Source of the DNA: a virus
Lineage: Duplodnaviria > Caudoviricetes
Virus record (IMG/VR): IMGVR_UViG_3300027914_001343
Location: 85,167 to 149,166 of that record
DNA length: 64,000 nucleotides
Reading direction: 5' to 3' (one strand)
Part shown: piece by piece, positions 27,601 to 36,800 of the stretch
How the letters are laid out: every line of letters starts with the position of its first letter
How positions within the stretch are numbered: the stretch's first letter is position 1
Made by a program: the position numbers and the translations under genes
The notes under the pieces: model-generated
Databases searched by the model: none
The model's input: the letters and a program-made list of their open reading frames with translations, nothing else
What the model was told of the DNA's origin: nothing

Positions 27601-29116
27601 GTACGACTTCAGGGTTTACTTTCATGAAAGTCTCAAGCGTACCAGTACCGTAAGGTGCAGGGATTTGCTTATAAGACTTAGAAAGTTCCTGATAGCGACG
27701 ATACTCAGCTGCCGTCATCCCGCCATCGTCAGCCAGACGATTGCAAATTTCCATGACAGCTTCGTCAGGAGCTTTGTCGGCAGCAACCATATCGAACGTA
27801 TCGACAGCAGCCATTTCTGCTTCATGATTCTCTTTCTGAATTGCGTCAAGAGCTTCAAGGTCTTTTTCGATCTGGTTTTCAATTTCCTGATCTACCTTGA
27901 TATCATCAACAGTATCGATTGTCCCGACAACATTATCCGCCACAACAGCACTGACGTCAACTTCTTCAGTAGGGGTTTTTACGGAACCATCAGAATGAAT
28001 CCGGCTGTGCGCATGTTGATGGGTTTCTTTGTGAACCAGAGGTTCAACCGGAGTAGCGCTTTTCACAATAGTAGTTGCTTCACCGGTATCTTTACCAGTA
28101 TCTTCATCTTCAGAACCAGCTGCTTCTACAACGTCGTTAGTTACTACACCATTCCGAATCTGGAGCATGGCCATGACAAAACGCAAGACACGATACTGCA
28201 GTTGTTTAGGTTCAAGCCCTTTAGTTGCTGCCCTTTCATCCAGTTGACCTTTGAAATCACCATCGTTCTCAGAAGGTTTTCTCCAACTGTCAATAACACC
28301 AAGGTTAAGCACCGTCCAACGGCCAGATTCTTGGAAGATGAGGTTGACCTTCTTCAGCTGTTCCTTGTCGATCTTAGAGATCATGGACTTAGAACGCCCT
28401 TCACCACACCACTTCCAGATTTCAAGCAAGAAGAGTGATTCAGGACTGTTAAAGATCGCAAGCGTCCGTTGCGTCATTGCTTCCATAGAAACATTAAGCG
28501 CTTCAGCGAACCCTTCCATAACGAAGTTAAATCGGTCCTCGCTTTCGAAAGCTACGGTCATAGCTTCTGCAGCCATCTTCAGTTCGAACAAAGAAGGCAG
28601 GCTCTTAGGAAGAGTAACGTCGATGAAGTGATTCCGTTCACTTTCAGTAACCGTTTTACTGATGTTGTCCCAAACAGTAGCGTTGATGTTGTGCCACTTG
28701 TTGTATTCGCTATAAAGCGAACGGACGTACCGATAAGTGCGGTGCAAAAAACTGTAGTTGTAAACAAGCGGAACGTTCACATCACGCAAACCAGTCTTCG
28801 AATCAGTTACCGAAAGATAACGACGGTTCTTGATGAAGTACTGTCGAATCACAGTGGAGAACTGTATAGGAACAATCCGTGGATTGCCTTCGAGCTCAGC
28901 CAGCTGAGTGACTTGCATGACCGGAATTCGTCGTCTAATATTCCTGAAAAGGAATTCATCAGGAGCAGGACCATCGTCAAGCGGACCGTCACCTGGATGA
29001 TGAAAGATAGAAAGACGCGGAAGCTCCAGAAGCTCGATAGGTGCAGTAATCGGACTCAGCAACATCTCGAGTTTCCGAATACCAAACTTCCTGAAAAAGA
29101 CATCGTAGTGAATCAT
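24665..29116 (-). CDS. virion RNA polymerase beta-like subunit, large part (gp178-like)
   Basis: 1483 aa; beta-like motifs GTISEATKDSSDTG, DDGKRVNF, TGYEQ, EDS, GDK...NQLKTV. Confidence 0.92.
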   Translation of the reverse strand: MIHYDVFFRKFGIRKLEMLLSPITAPIELLELPRLSIFHHPGDGPLDDGPAPDEFLFRNIRRRIPVMQVTQLAELEGNPRIVPIQFSTVIRQYFIKNRRYLSVTDSKTGLRDVNVPLVYNYSFLHRTYRYVRSLYSEYNKWHNINATVWDNISKTVTESERNHFIDVTLPKSLPSLFELKMAAEAMTVAFESEDRFNFVMEGFAEALNVSMEAMTQRTLAIFNSPESLFLLEIWKWCGEGRSKSMISKIDKEQLKKVNLIFQESGRWTVLNLGVIDSWRKPSENDGDFKGQLDERAATKGLEPKQLQYRVLRFVMAMLQIRNGVVTNDVVEAAGSEDEDTGKDTGEATTIVKSATPVEPLVHKETHQHAHSRIHSDGSVKTPTEEVDVSAVVADNVVGTIDTVDDIKVDQEIENQIEKDLEALDAIQKENHEAEMAAVDTFDMVAADKAPDEAVMEICNRLADDGGMTAAEYRRYQELSKSYKQIPAPYGTGTLETFMKVNPEVVQIKESKKIPDIPSVFDKTMLKSTLQDFDSVYLKEVFHKDVAGMVMGVQNAGLCVTGYEVERVEDILGSYDIHSVRVTPVEGTPSTLRFKLPVIDDEGVYSANGIKYRMRKQRGDMPIRKISFDKVALTSYYGKTFVSRSEKRVDNYGVWLRNSVMAKGMDPDDKTIEVIQPSNVFDSAYDAPRLYSTLAMGFREITFVGKFVEANSKPVSVTLYLDHVKLEKVYGDKFNSYSHGRSSQKFKPCGKTSDGRDVLIDQDDALYVVNSKGVYELLLPFEECIELDLNKKPVEFAVLKVQGKPIPVGVVLAYEMGLERLLRYLKVTPRRVMAGQRANVTEDEFSVVFSDETLVFNRDDRLAAMVFGGFNEYHRAIKSFNSHEFDRPGVYLNVLESAGLGARYLREIDLMYRMFIDPITKELLIGMNEPTDFRGLLIRSCKMLLIDQHPDELDPAYMRLRGYERMAGAVYTEIVRSIRGHAGRPGKAKAQIDLNPFAVWKTITQDPSIALVSDINPIENLKAQESVTYNGAGGRSSRSMVKRTRAYHPNDMGTISEATKDSSDTGINIYTSADPMFTSLRGTSRRFDLKNPDPSSLLSSSALVSPASDRDDGKRVNFVSIQHEHTVPCNGYRPALVRTGYEQVIAKRTGDMFAFAAKKDGKIVDVTENAVCVEYVDGERRYIEIGRRYGNSGGLTIPQEVVANVKIGQKVKEGDILTYNPGFFEKDPLCPGTVVWKTATLVKTALFESTDTLEDSSTISKRVAELLKTKTTKVRTIVVTFDQSVRKLIKVGDVVESEDILCIIEDAVTSRAGMFDEESIEALRVLGAQTPMAKSKGVVERIEVFYHGEKEDMSETLRSIVNASDKELMRRSRELGKKSFTGQVDESFRVEGEPLALDSMAIRIYITGDAPAGIGDKGVFCNQLKTVFGKVQPFEIRTESGIIVDGIFGQKSIYDRIVTSPFVIGTTTTLLKVVAKKAVEIYRK

Positions 29117-29118
29117 CG

Positions 29119-30738
29119 TTAGTCACCTGTCAAATTGTGTAAAACGAGCTTGACTGTATCGATCCCACAGCTAGAGACCAAACTACCATCGACATCGACA
29201 TAAGCACGTTTCTGTTTAAAGAACGCATTTACTTCAGCTACGGATTCGTCGCTATAAACGAAGTTACCTGACGCCGTATCACCGTCGAAGTCAGCTTCAA
29301 GACCCTTAAGTTTGGACGGATGCGGAACAAGTGTGTTAAGGAAGTCACTGTCACGAACAGGGAACTGATAAGCGATATCGTCATCCGGACAAGGCGCCCA
29401 TTGATCATCAAGAGGCCTGCGCTTCTCAGAAACAACAGTAGTTTTTACGTAAGTCTTACTTGGGTAAATACTACCACTACCTGCAACAGGGTAGCGCGTA
29501 ACGAAAAGCGGATAGTTGTTGATCACCTTGTAGACCGAGAGGTACAGAAGTTCACAAAGAGTTATTGGACGTACGTGCCGAATATCCCGTGATTCAGGAA
29601 CTTCGCCGATATCGTGGATCAGTTTGAAGGTATTGTCAGGACCGAGATAAATCAGACCGATGTAATAACCATCAACCTCAACGTAGCGATGACGCATTTC
29701 TTCATCACCAAACTGCGTAATTGTCTTCTCGATACCTTCATTCGTCATCCAGCGATCGTAATAGTACGGCTTCAGACGAACCAGCTCAGCTTTCAGAGTC
29801 TTCTTATTGACCAGCTTAGCAGGTGCTTCAGGACTAGTAAAAACACTAGCAATAAAACCATTACGAATCTGGTAACAGGAGACAGGTAAAATACCTTTCA
29901 TAGCTTGGTACAAACCAACCAGAGTGGTATTCATCGTAATCGCGTCAGGAGCATCCAGAAATGGCGTGGAAGTGTCCATGGCAGTAATAACGTTACGAGT
30001 ACCATTAAAGATACGGCGCGATGCCCACTTACCGAGGAAGAGTTTCTTCTTGCCCTCTACCATTGATTCGATAAAAGCATAAAGCTCATTGAACCGCATC
30101 TGGAGGTTATATCGCGCCACATTCAGAACTTCCGGACTTGAGTTCACTGCTGACTCAGAAACAGTATTCGCAATCGAAAGAATCTGACGGTAGAACTTGT
30201 TGATATCGCCTTCCGTGATACGACCGTTCTTGACTTCAAGATCTCGATAACCAGCCGGCATAACGACGATTTTGTCAGTCATCGCTGTCGACTTGTACTT
30301 TTCCAAAAGAGCAATGCTTTGCTGACGTGTAATGCTCTTCGTTTCCTCGAACTTGATGTCCTTCCATTTAGAAACAAAGAACGCAAAGCCGGTCTTACCA
30401 TCAATGCTGTTAGAGCGTTCGAAATCATTGGTTTCGGTATTCCAGATGGCGTATTCTGCGCCAGACATGATGCCAGAATAAAGACCTTTCATGTCAACCA
30501 GTGTTTTGTAAATGATCGGGTGGAAAATAGGAACACGGATGTCGATGTAGGAGAAACGCTTATCGCGCATTTCAGTTCCTACCTTACCAAACGTGCTAAC
30601 AGAAAACAAACCATCTTCGTGGAACTGATTAGCTCCATCAAAGAAATCAAGAGCCTTAACTGGCTTCAAACCTTGCAGCTTTCTTTGATCGAGTTCAAGC
30701 AACGAAACGTTGAAAGGAACGCTAATTGGAGAGCCCAT
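29119..30738 (-). CDS. virion RNA polymerase beta'-like catalytic subunit (gp180-like)
   Basis: Catalytic ADFDGD, TRYP, EDGLFS and NGTRNVI motifs. Confidence 0.95.
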   Translation of the reverse strand: MGSPISVPFNVSLLELDQRKLQGLKPVKALDFFDGANQFHEDGLFSVSTFGKVGTEMRDKRFSYIDIRVPIFHPIIYKTLVDMKGLYSGIMSGAEYAIWNTETNDFERSNSIDGKTGFAFFVSKWKDIKFEETKSITRQQSIALLEKYKSTAMTDKIVVMPAGYRDLEVKNGRITEGDINKFYRQILSIANTVSESAVNSSPEVLNVARYNLQMRFNELYAFIESMVEGKKKLFLGKWASRRIFNGTRNVITAMDTSTPFLDAPDAITMNTTLVGLYQAMKGILPVSCYQIRNGFIASVFTSPEAPAKLVNKKTLKAELVRLKPYYYDRWMTNEGIEKTITQFGDEEMRHRYVEVDGYYIGLIYLGPDNTFKLIHDIGEVPESRDIRHVRPITLCELLYLSVYKVINNYPLFVTRYPVAGSGSIYPSKTYVKTTVVSEKRRPLDDQWAPCPDDDIAYQFPVRDSDFLNTLVPHPSKLKGLEADFDGDTASGNFVYSDESVAEVNAFFKQKRAYVDVDGSLVSSCGIDTVKLVLHNLTGD

Positions 30739-30801
30739 TTCTCACTCCTTTAGGCTAAACTTATGAGGTCTTAGGACTATTCTTATAAACGGAGCCAAAT
30801 T

Positions 30802-33800
30802 ATGGCCAGTAAAGATCAATTCGTAGTCGATGATTTTAACTTCGATAATGAGTTAGCTTTCCCTGATTTTGGTGGCGAAGGTAACGGGTTTACGGTCAAA
30901 GATGATCGATCCCCTGTTACCAAATTTGCCTCTGGATTTGGCGAAGGCATGAAGGACGCGCTGACGAGTGAAGCTTTCATTCGTACTGCGGTTAAGACGG
31001 CGCTGCCACGCGGTTATGGTCAAGCTCTTGACATGACTGGTGAGGTTACCAGCTCCGTTAAGGATCTATACAATAGTACGGCTCAAGAACTTAAGCCGGT
31101 TATTAAAGATCTCAGACGGATCACTGGGCGTGTTTTGCCTGACGCAGAAAAATTTCTACCTAAGTCAGTAGCGGATAAACTGCGTGAGTTTTCGAAAGAT
31201 CCTGACGAACGCTCTGGTAGTGATTTCGATCCACGAGAAGCTTCCATTCAAGGCTCTCTCGGCGAAGTCTTCCAGATGCAGGCAGAGACTGAAGCCAAGA
31301 AAGAAAAGACTGACGATACCAAGGATAAACTGCGTGAAGGTGTACAGCAGCTTCGTTTCCGCTCCGAGATGCATGAACTGGACGCCATTCGTATCGGTGT
31401 ACAGCAACTCGCGTCGTATCAGGATAAAGTAGGCGTTAACTTCCAGCGTAAGTCACTGGAATTGCAATACCGCCAATACTTCGTTGCAATGGATGCATTG
31501 CAAGAAGCGAAGACCCAAGGTGAACTCTTCAAGGAAGCACTTCCTGTCATTGCCAAGAACACCGGCCTTCCTGACTATGTCAAGAAGACACCGATGGAAA
31601 GCATGAAGGAAATAATGCGTAACAAGTTTATCGAATCCATGAACGATGGGATTTTCGATAAGCGTCGAAACTTCGTGAGGAACTTTACCCGTAACCTTAC
31701 CAAGACAATCAAGAACAAAGTAGCACAGTCTGCGTCTGATTTCCAGATGGCGTTGGCTGGCGGTGAAATGATGCTTGACGCTGCAGAGATGCAGAAGGAA
31801 ATGGGTGGGGAGTTCGACGGTTATGGCATGGCTGGTAATATGGCTGCCAACACTGTCGTTGATAGTTTTGGTGCCAAATACGGTAAGAAGCTTCGTGAGT
31901 ACATCGAAGAATCCAATGCCGGTAAACCGATTGTAGGTCTTGGAAACAAGCTTATCTACGGAGCCACTAACCTTGCTCAAGAAGCTGGGATGTGGGCTAA
32001 GTCCGATAAGAACAGCAATATCCCATTTGTTGACCTTATCAAGGAAACTATCAACAGTACACTTGGGCGTCAAGATAACAGTCTCGATGTTGATGATCTC
32101 GGTAATCTGCAAGAACCTATGCCGTTTAATCGCAGAACGGCTAAGTCAATCAACGAAATCATTCCTGGATTGCTTGCACGAATTCACCGAGAAATTAAGA
32201 TCCTCCGCACTGGTGATGAAAATGCAGAACTAGTGTCGTATGACTTTAGCTCGAACAAGTTCAGTACTGAAGAGAAAGTCCAGAAGAAGATTTTCACTGA
32301 AGTAATCAAACAGGAAAACAAAGCTTCTATTGAACGCGATGTCCGTGAAATTGTTGATCTTGTCGATAAGGACAAAAAGCTTAGTCCAGAAGAGCGTAAA
32401 ATCCTTGGTGAGTTTATGCTCAAGGATAACGTCGAAGGTCATGGGGTTTCTCATTCCCGTCGCCTGACAGACGTGACTTCGTACGAAGGCAAGTTCTCTA
32501 AAGATGCTGAAATGCTTGCAGAAGCATTCAAGCGATACTTTGAAAAGGACGAAGTCGGCAATAAACAGATTGCGTTGTCTAGCAAGTACGCGCAGCTCGG
32601 CGATCGTATTAGTGATAGCCGTAAGAAGATTCAGGAATTTAGTCTAGCTGGCCAGCAAGAATTGCTTGGTCGTCTTGGTTTGATTACTGAAGATTTCGAT
32701 GCTGTTGCGCAGAAGAACATCAACAACATGCATTACGAAAATCTTGGTAAAACTTCGGAAGAAGAATATCAAGAGCTTCAAGCAAAGAACGTTGAGTCAG
32801 TCTCTTCTGAAGGTGACGCTATTTCCAAGAAAGCTGGAAAGCCTTATAGTCGTAAAGCCAGAGGTCGCACTCCTATCGAGGAAGAAAAGCAAAAACCAGA
32901 ATTCAACGCAGGCATTAAGCAAGAACCAATCAAGCTTAATGTCAAGGATCTTAAGTTGGATCTTGGTGAAGTAGTGGGTGCGCTTGGCGAAAATCGTTCT
33001 GTTGAAGAGAAGCAATTGGCTATGCTCGAGAAAATCGAGGAACGCCTGAATGCTGGTATTAAGTTCATCAACATGAACGGCATTAGCGAAGCCATGGGTG
33101 ACGGCATGACCAGTCTTAAGGAAGGCCTTAAGAAGGGTAAGCGGTGGTGGAATGAGTCCGTCCTCGAGAACATGAAGTCTCTTGGCTCTGGTGCTTGGAA
33201 TCTTGGCGGTAAAGCCGTAGGCGCGGTTAGCGAAGGTTTCAATAGAACTAAGAAATGGGGTGGTAAGGGGATTGAGAAAGTCAAAGAGTGGTGGGCTGAC
33301 GATCTCTGGTTACCTGGCGAAACAGTCCCTCGTTTGCTTGCTTGGAAGATGGAAGCAGGTCACTATATCGACGAAGCTAGCGGTAAGGTGATCAAATCTG
33401 CCAAGGACATTACCAGTAACGTTATTGATACCACCTTGCCTGCTGGCCAACAAATTGTTCTGCAGGCAACAGATCGTTTTAAGATCGAAGCCAGAACCAT
33501 TGGTGGAAAGATCAAGAACATCGCTAAAGCACTCGGTGGCGGTTTCCTTAAGAAAGGTAAGGAACTCTACGATAAGCTCCCTGCGGCCTATGCTACCGCG
33601 CTTGGTATCGGCAAGAAGATCGTTCAGAAGGTTTGGGGTGTTCTTGATGGTCCTGTAGACGTTTACGTTAAAGGTCGACTCGAACAACCTGCACTTACTG
33701 CTCTTGGGATGCGTTCCGGGTATTACCGTTCCAAAATGACTGGTAAAGCAATCGAAAAGGTAAGTGATATCGACGGCCCAGTCATCGCGGCGGATAGCGG

Positions 33801-36800
33801 TGATGTGTTGCTTACCCACGACGATATTGCGAAGGGCCTTGTCGATAAGAACGGCAAGCCAATTCGACACGGTCTTGGTAAGCTTTTCGGCATGGGTAAA
33901 GATTTGGTCAAAGGTGCTGTTCGTAGCGTCATGAAAGCTGGTTCCGCTGTTGCTGGTTGGCTTCGCAATAGTCTTGGCAGTGTTCGTGAATTCTTCGCCG
34001 GTATGCTTGGTCCTGACGGGTTGCTGTTTGGTGGTGCTGGACAGATGGTTGATCACTTAGCAGCTATTCGACAGATCTTGGACGATCGCCTCCCAGGCGG
34101 TTCTAAAAAGGTTGAAGGCGATGCCGATGGCGATGGTGTGCGCGATGGTTCTGCTGCAGACCAGCGTCGCAAACGTAAGCCTAAAGGTAAGACAGAGTCA
34201 GTTGCACGACCTGATGAGAAGCCCGGTGTTTTTGGAAAAATGCAGGGTTTCTTTGATCGTATTGCTAAACGGTTTGAAGATAAAGACGAAGATTCTGATG
34301 AAGGTGGGATTGATGTCGATATTGATACCGATGGCGGTAGCGATCGTAGGAAGAGCCGTAAGCAACGTCTGAAGGACAAGGCTCGCCATGCCAAGGACCG
34401 CACTGTTGAAAAACTCAAGGAACTTCGTGAGAAAACTAAACCTCATTTGGACGAAGCCAAAGAAAAGGCTAAGGACAAGATTCAAGAGGCTCGCGAGAAA
34501 GGCAAAATCAAAGCTGAAGAAGCCAGGGAAAAAGCCAAAACCAAATACGCTGAAGGCAAAGCAAAGGCCAAGGGTTACTGGGAAACTACCCGTGAAAAAC
34601 TCAAGGAAAAAGCTGACGCTAGAAAAGCACTGAAGGCAGAAAAAGCAGCAGCTAAGGCCGCAGCTAAAAAACCTTCCTTTGGTGGTCGTATGGCGCGCGC
34701 AGGTATGCGTGGTCTTGGTAAAGGCGCATGGGGTCTCGCTAAGGGTGTTGGAAGCGTCGGAATGGGCGCTGCTCGTGTTGTTGGTGCTACAGGTAGTCTT
34801 CTTAATGCGGGCATCAGTGGCGGAGCTAGTCTGCTCGGTCGCGGTCTCATGATGGGAGCTAGCGCTTTAGCGCCAGTTGCTGGCGCAGCTGTAAGTGCTG
34901 TTGGTAGTGCCGTCGGTGCAGGTCTTGGATTAGCAGGCAGTGCCCTCGCCGGAGTTGGTGCTATTTTGGCATCACCAGTTGTACTTGGTGCTCTTGCGGT
35001 CGGCGCTGTAGCTGCCGGTGGATACTTCGCTTACAAATACTTTACACGTAATAAACTCGACGATTGGTCAAAACTCCGCTACATTCAGTACGGTTTTGCG
35101 GCTGATAAAAACGACTGGGTTAGTAAGGTGTTTGAACTTGAAGATCTTCTGCTTCCGTACATCACCTACGACCAACAAGGTAATGCAGCGTTCCATGTAT
35201 CCAGCCTTGATGATAAAGTCAAGGAAAAGCTTAAGGATAACATCAAAGCCTTTGGTGTAAGTTTTGATAAGCAGGACCAGGTGGAGAATTGGTTGCATTG
35301 GTTTGACGCACGTTTCAGACCAGTTTACCTTACTCACTTGACTGCTTTGAAGAAAACCAAAGACAAGGTTCCGCTTAGTGATGTCGGAGATAAGCTTTCT
35401 GCGGTTGAACGCAAGAAGTACTTCGATCTAGCCAAGTTCCCTGATGGTCCTTATGGTGCTGCGTACTCGCCTACACCTGAATTGAAATCTCTCCCGTCTG
35501 GAGCAAAAGAAGTTAAGGCCTACGTCGATCAAATGCAACCAAAGATCGACAAAGAAGCGGCGGACGAAGAGAAGAAAGGAAAGGATGGTGGTAAGAGCAA
35601 GAATGCTGCTACTAGAGCAGCAATTGCTGCCTCTGATTCAGTAAGTGATCCTGTTGCGCAGAAAGCCCAAGCCAGCAAGCCAGGTGAAAAAGACGCTAAG
35701 CCAGGAACACCGGGTGCTAAGCCAGCTACGCCTAAAGCAGGAGCGCCAGCGGCAGCAGCTGTCGCAGCAGCAGTTGCTGGTGGTGGTAAAGATACTGGTG
35801 CTATCAAGGTGGAGGCTACAGCTAAGCCAATTGGGGGCGTTATTGGTGGTATTGTTAGTGGTGTCGACGCGGTCCGCTACAAGGCTTACGGTATCAAGGA
35901 AATGGAAGCCGACAAGCTTTCAGTAATTACAACCCTTGAAGCTGAAGTGGTTTCGTTTATAAAGATTGACGGCAAGAAGGTCGTTAGTTGGAACGGTAGT
36001 CCTGAGGCTATGTTTAACAAACATGGCGCTGCTTTCGGAGTTGATTTGTCCGACAGTAATCACAAGGCTTCCTGGATGAGTTGGTTTACTGAACGATTCC
36101 TCCCGACTTACCTCAACTACTTGACGTTGCTTTTCAGCGCTACCAATAAGTCAGATGTAAATGCAGCGCGTGTTGCTTTGAAGGATCAAGCTGCTGTTGA
36201 TGTGGCTATGGGTGTACTTAATACGAGCGTAGCTGGGAAATCTGTCTGGCTCAACGGTCGTAGTCCATGGCCTGGGTATGAACTTAACGGAAACGTTAAC
36301 AGTACTGACAAAAACATCGCTGGGTTGAAAGACCAAGCAAAACAAGCAGTTCTTAATGAGCAACAATCAGTTGACCGTAAAGGCACTAAGGATGGCTCTG
36401 ATAAAAAGAGCGCTAATGGTGCTAATCAGGATGGTAACAAGAATCAAGACGCTGACAAAACCAAAGACCAAGGCTTCTTCAAAGACATGGTTTCTGGCGC
36501 TAAGGATGCCCTCAGTAGCGTTAAGTCCGGTTATGGAAAAGCAATGGATGCATTGGGTTTCAGCAACCATTCTGAAGAGTACGGCCAAGGCACAGTTGTT
36601 AACATGCCTACTAAAGGCACTGGCGGTAAGTATGATGAGGTTCCAGTACCTACTGGCGATGGGAACGCACCTGCTCTGGCTCCGACAATTAATGCTGCTG
36701 CAAAGATTGTCGGTGTAGACCCGTCACTGATGATGCGAATCGCAGCTATCGAATCTGGGTTTAGAGCAGGTGTGGTAGCCAAGGGAACTAACGCAACTGG

